A stretch of 64,000 bases of DNA from a virus: the IMG/VR virus record IMGVR_UViG_3300050500_000054, positions 9,788 through 73,787 of that record; one strand, given 5' to 3'. A program made the position numbers and the translations under genes. The notes beneath the pieces are model-generated. The model worked only from the letters and a program-made list of their open reading frames with translations. It was not told where the DNA came from and ran no database searches. Below, in pieces: positions 20,045 to 29,716 of the stretch (within the stretch, counting starts at the first letter, position 1; every line of letters starts with the position of its first letter).

Positions 20045-20536
20045 TTACTTGCCGGGTGCGTCGTGGATAGTTCGGCCGAGGCCAATCTTCTTACGATACA
20101 GATTCCAACCATCCTTCCCGAGGGCCGTCTGGTATTCGTCAATCTCCTGGCGCTTCTTTTCCTCAGCTGCCGCTTCTTGTTTCTGGATGTGATCCATAAC
20201 TTTATCGGCACCACCCTGACGCCAAGGTGCTCGCTCAGCGAGGTCTTGGAACATTAGGGGGTTGTCCCATCTAGCAGTTGCTAGAATGGTTGTGACTGGG
20301 ACGAGGCCGTAGGATGCCAGCATTTGAGTATCTGATTCTTTGAATAGGACATCATTGACGATCTCCGCTGAAAGATTCAGCTTACGACGCTGGGCAAGAC
20401 GGTAGCAGAAGGTCTGACGAGACGGAACCACTACGAGGGAGCTATCAAATTCCCACAGCTGGCGTAGCCAGTAGGCGGGTGGACCTGATAGTCGGAAGGG
20501 ATTCCTATCCTCGATGTAGTTGGGAAGTCTAGACAT
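20045..20536 (-). CDS. head-tail connector/completion protein candidate
   Basis: 163 aa ORF between capsid and tail genes. Confidence 0.3.
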   Translation of the reverse strand: MSRLPNYIEDRNPFRLSGPPAYWLRQLWEFDSSLVVVPSRQTFCYRLAQRRKLNLSAEIVNDVLFKESDTQMLASYGLVPVTTILATARWDNPLMFQDLAERAPWRQGGADKVMDHIQKQEAAAEEKKRQEIDEYQTALGKDGWNLYRKKIGLGRTIHDAPGK

Positions 20537-20925
20537 TAGCTGTTAGGGTTAACGAATCCTTCGCGTCCGTTGTTAAGTGGTAGAGTGCCTGAACCAACTG
20601 TGCGCCCCATCTGGTAGAGGCCATTGTCGCCTCGAACTACCTCTGTTGGTCGTGCGCCAGCTAGCTTGCTGCGATCCCAACGTTCAACGCTCTCTTCAAA
20701 TGATCCAAGGTCGTCTGTCGGGTCGCGGTCTTCTTCAATACCGAGCTTATAAATCATGTCCCCAGTGCGCGGATCTTCGGAACCCATAACTGGATTCTGT
20801 TCCTTGAATTTACGGGCCTGGATTTCTGGGAAAGAGTGCTTACCGGGGGAGATACGATGATGAACACCGTCCCAGACACCTTCTAGAGTGTCGTTGGTGC
20901 GGTTAACGAGTGTAACAAATCTCAT
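20536..20925 (-). CDS. head completion protein candidate (start revised to internal Met MRFVTLV)
   Basis: ORF track start at 21060 overlaps the capsid gene; Met at 20925 removes the overlap. Confidence 0.3.
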   Translation of the reverse strand: MRFVTLVNRTNDTLEGVWDGVHHRISPGKHSFPEIQARKFKEQNPVMGSEDPRTGDMIYKLGIEEDRDPTDDLGSFEESVERWDRSKLAGARPTEVVRGDNGLYQMGRTVGSGTLPLNNGREGFVNPNS

Positions 20926-20996
20926 ACGAATCCTTTTCAACCCTGTGAAGGGTGAGGACCAGAACGGCCCCCACCCAAACACAAGAATTAGACGAA

Positions 20997-22301
20997 TTAC
21001 GAACCAGCTGCGCGGACAACCACGAGTGACTGTCCTGTGATACCGTCTAGGCGGGCGCAATATGCTGGGAATTCCAGGAAGTATTGCTTACGCACACGGT
21101 ATAGAGCCTCGAAGGCGTCACGGGCTGTTGAGCCTGTTCCGACTAGTCGAAGCACCTGGCCGTCCTCGTCTACCCACTTACCTGGCTCAGAAACGTATTC
21201 CTTGAAGCCAGCGTTCTTGATGTCCAAGAACATCATAACGTCTAGAGGGAAGTCGCGGACTGCGCGAACTGGGACGTTACCGAACGGAATGTCACCCTGC
21301 TTGAAGGCCACTGTTCCAGAATCTGGCTTCATCAGGTTCGCACCGCTGTAACGACGGTCAGCATCTGTCAGCTGGATAACCAGGCGACGAACGCTGTGGT
21401 GGCATAGGATAATGTCGATCTGACCGTTTAGCTTCTGATCGACGATATCCGAAACACGCTGCATCAGGTCTGTTGAAAGAGCACCTGTTGAGGCGTTTAC
21501 GTATGAGCTTGCGTATGGCACCTGTGTGCGGTCAGCACCGAAGAAGTTGGCGCGGTAGGTTCCGTCGTCAACAAGGGCCATTAGGCCCCACCATGCGTGC
21601 TCGTATGAGCTGTGGAGAACGTCTGAGACAGCTGTGTTCGCTACCTGGACTAGGTAGTCGTTATCTGCCCAACCTGTTAGGGTTGAGTCGTTCAGGGTGA
21701 TTTCTGATCCAGCACCTGAAACGCCCACGACGCGGCTGACAGTTGTTCGAAGCTGCCCAGTTGCTGGGTTTACAGCTCCTACTGTCATACCAACAGACAC
21801 GAAACGGTTTCCGAAGTTGTCGTTTGTGATACCACCAGGGGCATCTAGAGCAACAACGGGACCTGTAACGTCAGTGTCTAGGAGGGCTAGAACACCACGT
21901 CCATCAGATGAAAGAGCATACTCGTCACGACGAGCGATGTCGTCGATCAGATACTGCATTTCGCTCTTACGAGCTGAAATGAAGGCTCCTTCGCTTGATG
22001 TTGAGTCTGTCATTACCTCGTATGTCATACGGATACGTGCCATCAGCTTGCGCTGATCCACGAACTGACGTGTGTATCCCTGCTGACCGGCGTCAGCAAT
22101 CGCACCGTCTTCCGTAGTGAACATAGGAGACTGGTTACGTGAAGTGTGTGCGAGCTTTACGATCTCGCGCCCCTTGAATGGAGACGATTCAGTCTTGATG
22201 ATGTCTCGAAGGGGATTCTTCTGGTTGACACCCTCGGCAACGCCCTCTTCGAAGACTTCCTTGAAGATTGCGTCCAGGGCCTGCTTGTCTGCACCAGCCA
22301 T
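20997..22301 (-). CDS. major capsid protein candidate (HK97-like by size and position)
   Basis: 434 aa; immediately follows scaffold-like and portal-sized genes; no Cys-rich or enzymatic motifs. Confidence 0.55.
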   Translation of the reverse strand: MAGADKQALDAIFKEVFEEGVAEGVNQKNPLRDIIKTESSPFKGREIVKLAHTSRNQSPMFTTEDGAIADAGQQGYTRQFVDQRKLMARIRMTYEVMTDSTSSEGAFISARKSEMQYLIDDIARRDEYALSSDGRGVLALLDTDVTGPVVALDAPGGITNDNFGNRFVSVGMTVGAVNPATGQLRTTVSRVVGVSGAGSEITLNDSTLTGWADNDYLVQVANTAVSDVLHSSYEHAWWGLMALVDDGTYRANFFGADRTQVPYASSYVNASTGALSTDLMQRVSDIVDQKLNGQIDIILCHHSVRRLVIQLTDADRRYSGANLMKPDSGTVAFKQGDIPFGNVPVRAVRDFPLDVMMFLDIKNAGFKEYVSEPGKWVDEDGQVLRLVGTGSTARDAFEALYRVRKQYFLEFPAYCARLDGITGQSLVVVRAAGS

Positions 22302-22332
22302 TGATTATTACCTACTTGTGTGAGTTTGGGAG

Positions 22333-23163
22333 TTACTTTCTCCCTGTGTTATAGCCTGCCCATGCAGCGGCAGCACGCTCATCAAGGGACTTGAACTGTG
22401 GCTGCTGAGACTGCAAAACTGGTGCTCCTGGCGCAGTGTCCTGAGGTAGGGCTTGGCGGAGTGGACCTGTCTGCTGCTCAACTGTAGCCGCAGCCTGCCG
22501 ACGAACTGGGTCGATGAGGTTGGACGCAAAGCGATCCCAATACTCATCTACAATTGTCGGGTCCTTTGAATAACGCTCGGTCAAAGTTGGACTTGATGCA
22601 ACATAACCGGAGAAGGCTGCTAGGAGAGCTTCCTTACCGTCTTTCGACAGAGGACCTCCTAGAGACTGCTCGGCCTTTGCATACAGACGATCCATCGTCT
22701 GTCGTCCGTAGCTTGTCCAGTAATGCTGGGACTGTTGTTCCAGATCACCTGAACGCTCCTGTAGGGCTGCAATCTGGTCCGCGATGGATTCCAGCTTTGA
22801 CAGTCCTGGGAAGAGTCGGTTGAACTGCGCCTTGACGGCGGCAATTTCAGGATCTTCCTGTGGAGTGACTCCTACGATTGCATGGAGTTGACGTTGAACT
22901 GCTTCATACTGCTGACGCATCTGCTGCTCGCGCTGAGCATACTCAGTCTGAGCTTGGCGGATAGCTGCCGCACGAGTTTCCTCGAGACGACCCTTTAGCC
23001 ATGATGGTTCAACAGGCGGCGTTGTCGGTGCCGCAGACGGTGCCGGTGTTGGTGTCGCTGTTGGCGCAGCGGAAGGAGCCGGTGTCGCAGGCTCTGGCGA
23101 AGGCGTTGGTGTCGCAGGCGCTGCTGCGGGGGTTGCGGATGCTACTGTGCCGTCGAATTCCAT
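22333..23163 (-). CDS. scaffolding protein candidate
   Basis: Pro/Ala/Thr-rich N-terminus (repeated PAPSAAPT) then long charged coiled coil; between portal and capsid. Confidence 0.5.
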   Translation of the reverse strand: MEFDGTVASATPAAAPATPTPSPEPATPAPSAAPTATPTPAPSAAPTTPPVEPSWLKGRLEETRAAAIRQAQTEYAQREQQMRQQYEAVQRQLHAIVGVTPQEDPEIAAVKAQFNRLFPGLSKLESIADQIAALQERSGDLEQQSQHYWTSYGRQTMDRLYAKAEQSLGGPLSKDGKEALLAAFSGYVASSPTLTERYSKDPTIVDEYWDRFASNLIDPVRRQAAATVEQQTGPLRQALPQDTAPGAPVLQSQQPQFKSLDERAAAAWAGYNTGRK

Positions 23164-23278
23164 TCTCTATTACCCTTTGTGTCGCGGTAGGTGCCGCGTT
23201 TAGAGCCGGATGGGTAGGCACTGAAGGAGGTTTGATCCCCTGCCAGTGCCTACATGACACAGGAGATCCAGACGAATG

Positions 23279-25573
23279 TTACTTAGGTGCTCGTTCCCCA
23301 GCGGGGTTCGACTTCTCGATTGTTGGGCTTCCAGAGTTGCTGTTTGAGCGGTCCATACTCTGACCACCACCAGCTGCGCCTTGGCCTCTTACGCCTGGGC
23401 CTGGGGGCGCGGGCGGATTAGGTTGACCGGGCGTTGGAACTCCCATCAGCATTGGCATCATTGCCATGTTTAGTTCTTCGAGGTGAAGTTGGATAACCTG
23501 CTCGACCTCGGGGAACTGTTGCATAGCGTCTCTCATGGTGTCGCCGTTGAGCCACTTGATACGTTCGCCCCAGTGGATCTGAGGATTATACCAAGGCTTG
23601 ACGTTGAGAGGTGGGGGTCCTTCAGGGCTTGCCATCCAACGTTCGAAGGCGTCCTGCATTTGCAGAGCGGCCTGGACATGAACGTCTAGGGATGGAACCA
23701 AGTCGGACAAGCCTAGCTGTGATAGGATTGCGTATTTCTGTTCAGGATCCTCAGGTGTTAGAAGACGGAGCTGGTTGGCGTGCTCAATAGCGGCTCGCTT
23801 ACCTAGACCTGTCTTCGGCATGTCAGTTCCATCCTCGATGTGGATGTTGACGTTGCCTGTTAGAGATGCCTTTTGGAATGTCTCAAACGTGTAGCCGTGG
23901 TTTGGGCTAAGTACTGAGATTACTCGTTCTTGTGGTCCGAACGCTCGCTCTAGTTCGAGAGCTACGTTGAACCAGGTGCGATACATCTCGCCTCTTGCGT
24001 GGAAGGCAGATGTGAATCGAGCCTGTGAACGCTCAACTAGGAGTTGCATAGTTGAGAAGGCGCTGACACCTTGTGGGCGTTGGCCCTTGAGGATGTCGAA
24101 TGTTCCTGATAGTTCTTCGAGGTCCTGCAAGTGCTGTGCGCGAAGCTGGAAGAGGGTTGTTGGAACCTGTTCTCCAGCGATACGCTCAGGCTTGGCAGAG
24201 CCACCAGCGGCAAGTGGATTCCACTTCATCACTAGGCCGGGATCGCCGGTAAAGTGATCTAGACCAGCACCTTCTGGAACTACCCAGACAGGGTTGGCCA
24301 TGCGCTGAACGATCATCTGGATTAGGGAGTCGAGCTGGTTTAGCTGATCCTGCTTCTGGATGAGTGGCGCTAGGGCGCTGCGACCGTATAGACGACCACC
24401 GATTTGCTCGAAGGCTGCGTGTGAGAACGGGAAGAGAGGCATTCCTTCCTTATCCTTGAAGGGGATAGGACCGGGGATTGCTTCTTCTTCAGTTCGTAGG
24501 AGAATTTGATTCTTCTCCCCAATCACTCGCATTACGAGTCCTTCTGGGAACTCGTCAGTTGGCTTCATCCATAGCTCATACTCTGTTACACCTTCAACGG
24601 ACCCGGTTCCAGATGCCCCAAACATTGTGTTGTGGGCAGAGCCGGTTGCGAGGTCGTTGGTGTAGGCGAGAGATTTGAGAATCTGTAGAGAGCGATCTGC
24701 CGGAGTTGTTTCCCAGACGATTCGTGTTAGGAGATCAGGGTGGTTTGCCTCGTAGTAGTGCTTATCGCGCCAGCGGAGGCGGATAATGTATGGGACATCC
24801 TCGAAGTGAGTGATGTTGTGTGGGAAGGCGTATTCGAAGGGCGATAGGGCACGAGTGTGTCCCTTACCGTGGCTTCTCCATTCCCCAGCAGGCTTACCTG
24901 TTAGGGGGTCTGTTGCCTTACCGAATTGTGCTCCACCACATCCTGGGCACATGTTGTTGGCCTCAATGATTGTGGCAGGAGATGAAACCAGTCCGCACAT
25001 CTGGCAGGCTTCGTGGGCGATGAACACGCGGTTGTGGCGCTTGTCCATGTCCCAGGAAATCTGAAGACAGGCGTTTCCAGTTACGATGAACCAGAAGTCA
25101 GCATCACGCATGACTCCTCGCATACGGTGCTCATCGTGGATGAGTGGTGCGAGCTTGTCTACGATCTCTGCTGTTGCTACTGATTGAGGGTTGTGGCCGA
25201 TTGGACGGGCTACAACGCCTAGGTCTACGTCACCGAAGTTAGACTTCAGCGCCTGGACGATTTCAGCGATCTTATTTGTTGTTGGTCGAGGGACGTTCTT
25301 GTTTAGACGCTTATCGACCCATTCACGACGAGTGGGGTGGTAGTAAATCCACTGTCGGTTGATGGTATAGAAGATATCGCGCAGCCATTCACGCTCCCAG
25401 ATCCATCTATTGTCAAACGATTCCTTCTTTAGGCGTTCGAAGATGGTTAGAAGCTTACGATCATCGCTGTAAGGGTCTACTGCATCTGGAGCTTGCGGAA
25501 GGGCATCATCTGTCCCTGTTGCGGACAGACTGTTTGTCATCGTTTGTGATAGTGACTCAAAAGGCTGGGCCAT
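23279..25573 (-). CDS. portal protein candidate
   Basis: 764 aa; directly downstream of the large terminase; Gly/Pro-rich C-terminal tail. Confidence 0.5.
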   Translation of the reverse strand: MAQPFESLSQTMTNSLSATGTDDALPQAPDAVDPYSDDRKLLTIFERLKKESFDNRWIWEREWLRDIFYTINRQWIYYHPTRREWVDKRLNKNVPRPTTNKIAEIVQALKSNFGDVDLGVVARPIGHNPQSVATAEIVDKLAPLIHDEHRMRGVMRDADFWFIVTGNACLQISWDMDKRHNRVFIAHEACQMCGLVSSPATIIEANNMCPGCGGAQFGKATDPLTGKPAGEWRSHGKGHTRALSPFEYAFPHNITHFEDVPYIIRLRWRDKHYYEANHPDLLTRIVWETTPADRSLQILKSLAYTNDLATGSAHNTMFGASGTGSVEGVTEYELWMKPTDEFPEGLVMRVIGEKNQILLRTEEEAIPGPIPFKDKEGMPLFPFSHAAFEQIGGRLYGRSALAPLIQKQDQLNQLDSLIQMIVQRMANPVWVVPEGAGLDHFTGDPGLVMKWNPLAAGGSAKPERIAGEQVPTTLFQLRAQHLQDLEELSGTFDILKGQRPQGVSAFSTMQLLVERSQARFTSAFHARGEMYRTWFNVALELERAFGPQERVISVLSPNHGYTFETFQKASLTGNVNIHIEDGTDMPKTGLGKRAAIEHANQLRLLTPEDPEQKYAILSQLGLSDLVPSLDVHVQAALQMQDAFERWMASPEGPPPLNVKPWYNPQIHWGERIKWLNGDTMRDAMQQFPEVEQVIQLHLEELNMAMMPMLMGVPTPGQPNPPAPPGPGVRGQGAAGGGQSMDRSNSNSGSPTIEKSNPAGERAPK

Positions 25574-25575
25574 CT

Positions 25576-25914
25576 TTACCTATCTGCGTGAGTTGGAAGT
25601 CCGATTGCCTTCGCTAGCTCGTCTCCGATGTCGTCGAAGCCGAATTCGGGAGGAGTGAAAGGCTCGGATGGTGTTCTAATGAGTTCTGGGATCGCTGGAA
25701 GCTTGATTTGGTAAGCTCGTTCGATCAGACCAGCTCTTTCCATCTCTAGCTGGTTAACTTTGGCTCGAAGCCAGTCAAAATTGGTCTTGTCGATGACTGA
25801 TTGGAGCTTTAGGGTGTCTCGTTCGGCCTTTATGACTGTAAGTTCAGCCTTTAGGTCGTCTACAACGGACTTTGAAGCTTGGAGATACTCTACAATTGAC
25901 TTTGGAAGCCACAT
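25576..25914 (-). CDS. hypothetical coiled-coil protein
   Basis: 112 aa between terminase and portal. Confidence 0.25.
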   Translation of the reverse strand: MWLPKSIVEYLQASKSVVDDLKAELTVIKAERDTLKLQSVIDKTNFDWLRAKVNQLEMERAGLIERAYQIKLPAIPELIRTPSEPFTPPEFGFDDIGDELAKAIGLPTHADR

Positions 25915-25972
25915 GAGGTGTTATTTTCCTCCCGAACAACGTTTACAGGGGCGTTTTGGGGACATAAAGGAC

Positions 25973-26269
25973 TTACAGACGGGGCAAGGTCGGCCGGGAC
26001 GGAAGAAATACACCATAAATGAAGGATTTGGTTAGTGATAGCTTCTGTAGGAGGCTATATTTGAACCGTTTAACAACATATCGACGCCAGATGTTGTCCC
26101 ACTTCCATGCCCAAACAATACCCCATACGTGAAGGCTATCATTGGAAGGAAGTCTGTATTGCGGGTTCTGTTTCTGCCATAGTTTGAAGCGTTCTTCACT
26201 CCAAAGCTCTGTAATGACGGTATCCGATGCGATGTCGCGAGGAATAACGGGAACGAATTTGTGATTCAT
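25973..26269 (-). CDS. hypothetical protein (start revised to Met MNHKF just downstream of the TerL stop)
   Basis: ORF track 25973..26374 overlaps TerL; internal Met gives a non-overlapping gene. Confidence 0.25.
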   Translation of the reverse strand: MNHKFVPVIPRDIASDTVITELWSEERFKLWQKQNPQYRLPSNDSLHVWGIVWAWKWDNIWRRYVVKRFKYSLLQKLSLTKSFIYGVFLPSRPTLPRL

Positions 26270-26270
26270 A

Positions 26271-27770
26271 TCAGAGCCAAAAGTCATCCACATAGGTTGG
26301 AGGCTTCTCAGAGTCATCTTGCATCTTCTTTTCGATTGATCGGATGCGTTGGATGGTTGCCTGAGTCTCTCCATCGTAGGCAGAGATGTCTACTTGCTTC
26401 TCTTGAGCCTTTTTCGGCTCCGGAAGCTGCGGCCATGTCATCAAGGCATAGCGAATGCAGTCCGGAAGTTCATCGTCCTTCTTGTAGACGAGTGTTACAC
26501 CGCGATTTTGACCATCTTTGCGAGGATCCGCATAGCGGAGGGCCTGCATTTGCTTGATAGTCTTGGGAACTCGGCTCTCTACGAAGAACAATTGACCGTT
26601 GTGAAGCCAGGAACGGACTCTTTCGATGCCCGATTGCTGGTCATTCTCGGCTTTGTTGCACATAATGCCGTGTTGAGCAAGCTCAATCATCGGCTGGCGT
26701 TCGTTTTTGTTGATGGCCCAGCGTGTTTGGTGGCCACCTTGGAGACGAATGAGTCCATTCTTGTGTTGAATGAACGCTTTGTCTCGTTCTAGATACTCTC
26801 CAACGACCACGAGGCCCTTTTCGGTTGATACGAGCTTGACAGCACCGAAGGGGTGGTCAGCTCCAGTATCGAGTCCGATAGTTGCAGCACGGGTTGGGTC
26901 GATGTTTGGCCATTCAGGGATGAGCTTCTTAACCTGATCATCTGTTCGTAGGATGGCAGGGAGGATCAGATCACCGTAAACAGCTCCCGTGAAGGTAACG
27001 AAGTCGGCTTCGTATTCCTGACGATACATAACGTCAGTCATGGAAGCGCGTTCGCGGGCTAGGAACTCAACTCCATCCTTTGTTTGGAAGAGAGGAGAGT
27101 TGGCTGTCTTAGCTAGAGCAGCCCAGTAGCCTGGTTGTTCGTCTTCAGCGGGCTTGTAGAGTTCTTCGTAGACCCAATCGTAGCCTCGAGGGGATGTTGT
27201 GAAGAATGCAATCCCACGTTTGTCAGCTAGAGATGGGCGGATAACGTCCCAGTGAGCCTTGGTAAGCTCGCAGACCTCATCAATCCACAACCAGTCAAGT
27301 CCCTGTCCTCGTCCTTGGTCAGGATGCTCCAGGGTCTGGAAGTGGATAAGTGAGCCGTTCTTGAGACGTAGGTCGAGAAATTCGGATGACCAGTCTTCAA
27401 CCCAATCTTCTGGAATGAGTTTTTGGAAGGCTGGAATTACGTAGCGGTGGAGCTTAGGGTTGGTAGGAGCACATGCCCATCCTACGCTGTTTGGGATGGT
27501 AGCTTCTTCTACGCCTGCGATGCTGCCGAATCGGGACTTACCGAAACGACGGCCAGCGATAATTGTTAGTCGGTCGAAGGTGCGCTTGCCGTTGATGAGG
27601 CACTTTGGGCAGGATAGACCGGCTGGATTCTCGTAGACTGCTTCGTAACGGAAGGGTCTTCCCTTTTCGTCCTTGCAATATTCACATACACGCTCACGAC
27701 GGGCGGAAAGGAACTTCGCCTGCGTTGGCTGTTGGAAGATTGGGTCGTTGGGGAGGGAGATCCACTTCAT
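26271..27770 (-). CDS. terL: terminase large subunit
   Basis: Walker A 'AGRRFGKSRFG', Walker B 'LDWLWIDEV', C-terminal RNase H-like nuclease region with conserved Asp ('IGLDTGADHPFGAVKL'); 499 aa. Confidence 0.8.
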   Translation of the reverse strand: MKWISLPNDPIFQQPTQAKFLSARRERVCEYCKDEKGRPFRYEAVYENPAGLSCPKCLINGKRTFDRLTIIAGRRFGKSRFGSIAGVEEATIPNSVGWACAPTNPKLHRYVIPAFQKLIPEDWVEDWSSEFLDLRLKNGSLIHFQTLEHPDQGRGQGLDWLWIDEVCELTKAHWDVIRPSLADKRGIAFFTTSPRGYDWVYEELYKPAEDEQPGYWAALAKTANSPLFQTKDGVEFLARERASMTDVMYRQEYEADFVTFTGAVYGDLILPAILRTDDQVKKLIPEWPNIDPTRAATIGLDTGADHPFGAVKLVSTEKGLVVVGEYLERDKAFIQHKNGLIRLQGGHQTRWAINKNERQPMIELAQHGIMCNKAENDQQSGIERVRSWLHNGQLFFVESRVPKTIKQMQALRYADPRKDGQNRGVTLVYKKDDELPDCIRYALMTWPQLPEPKKAQEKQVDISAYDGETQATIQRIRSIEKKMQDDSEKPPTYVDDFWL

Positions 27771-27970
27771 TAGGGTTTAGCGTTCCGTAGTCCTTCTAGT
27801 GAGCGATGGGTGCCACGCTTGTAGCCGCCCTTTTTCTTGAGATACTCTGACCTAGCACTTCCTTCGTTCTCTTGTAGGAACTCATCGAAGTCCATGATGG
27901 ACTCTTTGTACTTATCAAGGTTGGCTGGAAGGCCAAGTTTCTTGAACTCGGCGTCAGACATTCTAGGCAT
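27770..27970 (-). CDS. small hypothetical protein
   Basis: 66 aa ORF translationally coupled to TerL start. Confidence 0.25.
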   Translation of the reverse strand: MPRMSDAEFKKLGLPANLDKYKESIMDFDEFLQENEGSARSEYLKKKGGYKRGTHRSLEGLRNAKP

Positions 27971-27972
27971 TG

Positions 27973-28203
27973 TTAGACTTTATAGCAGACGATATTTGGT
28001 TGGGTTTGCCAGTGAGGCCAGTATCCGCCGTGCCCACAAGTTGGGCAGCGTCCGCAAGTTGGACAGGGAGAGGGATGGACAGGGTAATGCTGGATGAAGC
28101 CAGATGTTTGTGGAGTTGTTGTTACTGTGGATTCGTTTTTGTCTTTGAAGATGTTAGCGATATCCTTCAACATCTCGATCTCATTCTGATTCATCTTCAC
28201 CAC
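27973..28203 (-). CDS. small Cys-rich protein
   Basis: 76 aa with CPTCGRCPTCGHG motif. Confidence 0.25.
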   Translation of the reverse strand: MVKMNQNEIEMLKDIANIFKDKNESTVTTTPQTSGFIQHYPVHPSPCPTCGRCPTCGHGGYWPHWQTQPNIVCYKV

Positions 28204-28843
28204 CTGGAAGCCGAGCGCGGCCTACTACCATTCCTTCTACGACTTTGATGTTATCTGGCAGGGCGGGAGCTTCAATCTTAAGAGCCAACACCATTGGAGG
28301 GTTCTGGTTCTCAACCTTGACAGCTTGGTGGGCCTTGAATAGCCCAATACCCTGTGCTGCTCTGACCGTCATTTCACGGTCTTTCTTTTCGAGCCAGTAT
28401 TTCACGTTATCAACAATCAGTGGGGCGAGTTCGAACTCAAGCCTCTCAGCTGCGTTGTCGAATGTCAGCCACCCCTCACGGGTAGCCTTAGAAACCATTG
28501 AGTGTAGGGATGCTACTGTCATGCCCAGCTTTGGGGCAATCTCAGTGTTTGGCATTCCCTGTGCTCTGAATAGAATCCATTGAGCAACCTTATCACGGCG
28601 CTCCTTGGAAGGTGCTACTAGAACTGGATCGGCGTTTAGCGGACTTTCCGATGGCTTGCCGATGAGGACAGGCTGCCCAACGGGGACCAGCTCTTGCCCT
28701 CCAACTCCTGTTGTCCCATCGTCGGACGCTTCCTGCCGCTTGCGTGCAGCCTTGCAGGCAATACAGTTGCATCCGGGCTTGTGAGAGAGATACCCCGGTC
28801 TGCGTCGAGGTTTTGTTGGATTCTCAGGATTTGGAGTCTGCAC
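28181..28843 (-). CDS. HTH DNA-binding protein, putative terminase small subunit
   Basis: sigma-70 region-4-like HTH 'NTEIAPKLGMTVASLHSMVSKA'; N-terminal CNCIAC; first gene of the late arm upstream of TerL. Confidence 0.4.
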   Translation of the reverse strand: MQTPNPENPTKPRRRPGYLSHKPGCNCIACKAARKRQEASDDGTTGVGGQELVPVGQPVLIGKPSESPLNADPVLVAPSKERRDKVAQWILFRAQGMPNTEIAPKLGMTVASLHSMVSKATREGWLTFDNAAERLEFELAPLIVDNVKYWLEKKDREMTVRAAQGIGLFKAHQAVKVENQNPPMVLALKIEAPALPDNIKVVEGMVVGRARLPGGEDESE

Positions 28844-28919
28844 CAGTGGTCAAAACTTTCAAGTGACGAGGGGCTATAGCTAGGCGTTTCAGGGAGGGCC
28901 GGTTCGGAGGGGGCTAAAG

Positions 28920-28942
28920 CCACCTGTCGGGTGGGTTTTTCG
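28920..28942 (+). terminator. plus-sense intrinsic terminator-like hairpin (CCACC-TGTCG-GGTGG then GTTTTTCG)
   Basis: 5-bp GC-rich stem followed by a T-run; lies between the tRNA array and the late operon. Confidence 0.3.
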
Positions 28943-28963
28943 TGTTCCAAGGTATGCTTTAAG

Positions 28964-29037
28964 TGGAAGACGCTCTGGGAGTCGAACCCAGTTTGGTTGG
29001 GTTGCAGCCAACTGCCGAACCGTCTGGCTCAGCGCCT
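28964..29037 (-). tRNA. tRNA-Cys(GCA): tRNA-Cys (GCA), CCA encoded
   Basis: acceptor AGGCGCT/AGCGTCT, anticodon arm GTTGG-CTGCAAC-CCAAC, T-arm CTGGG-TTCGACT-CCCAG. Confidence 0.7.
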
Positions 29038-29116
29038 GTTGGGAGGGACGAAAGTATTATCGCTCGGTTCAGCGCGGACCTGCCGGAACCGATGGTTTTA
29101 AGTCACACGATAATTT

Positions 29117-29190
29117 TGGTGCGGGTGGAGGGAATCGCACCCCCATCATCCGGGTGGAAGCCGGAGATAATGCTCTTATACGACACCAGC
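29117..29190 (-). tRNA. tRNA-Gly(TCC): tRNA-Gly (TCC), CCA encoded
   Basis: anticodon arm TCCGG-CTTCCAC-CCGGA; T-arm GGGGG-TGCGATT-CCCTC; acceptor with one mismatch. Confidence 0.55.
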
Positions 29191-29195
29191 GTGAA

Positions 29196-29272
29196 TGGCG
29201 GGCCGGGGAGGAGTTGCACCCCCACCTAGCTGTTTTGGAGACAGTAATGCTGCTATTACACTACCAACCCGC
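29196..29272 (-). tRNA. tRNA-Trp(CCA): probable tRNA-Trp (CCA), non-canonical T-arm spacing
   Basis: acceptor GCGGGTT/GGCCCGC (two GU pairs), anticodon arm CTGT-CTCCAAA-ACAG; T-arm region GGGGG-TGCAACT-CCTCC leaves 2 extra nt, so the call is tentative. Confidence 0.35.
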
Positions 29273-29275
29273 GAG

Positions 29276-29349
29276 TGGCGGTCCCAAGGGGAATTGAACC
29301 CCTGCCGCTCGGTAGACAGCCGAGCATTCTTCCACTAAACCATGGAACC
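29276..29349 (-). tRNA. tRNA-Asp(GTC): tRNA-Asp (GTC), CCA encoded
   Basis: acceptor GGTTCCA/TGGGACC, anticodon arm CTCGG-CTGTCTA-CCGAG, T-arm GGGG-TTCAATT-CCCC. Confidence 0.65.
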
Positions 29350-29354
29350 GTATG

Positions 29355-29431
29355 TGGCGCTACGAGCAGGAGTTGAACCTGCAACCTTCTGCTTACAAGG
29401 CAGCTGCTCTGCCAGATTGAGCTACCATAGC
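29355..29431 (-). tRNA. tRNA-Thr(TGT): tRNA-Thr (TGT), CCA encoded
   Basis: D-arm TA-GCTC-AATCTGGCA-GAGC, anticodon loop CTTGTAA, T-arm GCAGG-TTCAACT-CCTGC. Confidence 0.65.
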
Positions 29432-29437
29432 GTAAAA

Positions 29438-29512
29438 TGGCGATGAGTGTTGGAATCGAACCAACGCCTGGAGGGTCAAAGCCTCCGGTCCTACCATTAA
29501 ACGAACTCACAC
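29438..29512 (-). tRNA. tRNA-Gln(TTG): tRNA-Gln (TTG), CCA encoded; 5' boundary approximate
   Basis: anticodon arm GGAGG-CTTTGAC-CCTCC, T-arm GTTGG-TTCGATT-CCAAC; acceptor pairing imperfect. Confidence 0.5.
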
Positions 29513-29519
29513 TTAATAT

Positions 29520-29594
29520 TGGCTGCCCTGCGAGGGTTCGGACCTCGATTACCTGTGTCAGAGACAGGCGTCCTTCCAGTTGAACGAAAGGGCA
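29520..29594 (-). tRNA. tRNA-Gln(CTG): tRNA-Gln (CTG), CCA encoded
   Basis: anticodon arm CCTGT-CTCTGAC-ACAGG, T-arm CGAGG-TCCGAAC-CCTCG, acceptor TGCCCTT/CAGGGCA. Confidence 0.6.
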
Positions 29595-29716
29595 TCATGA
29601 GACTAGAATTTCACTAGTCTGGCGTTGACCTACAGCGCCTAGGTTGTGGTGGGTTCCCACTCTCAGTGTCTCGGACTATCACTAAGTTAGTTTACGTCCT
29701 GTGGGAGTTCCCTATG

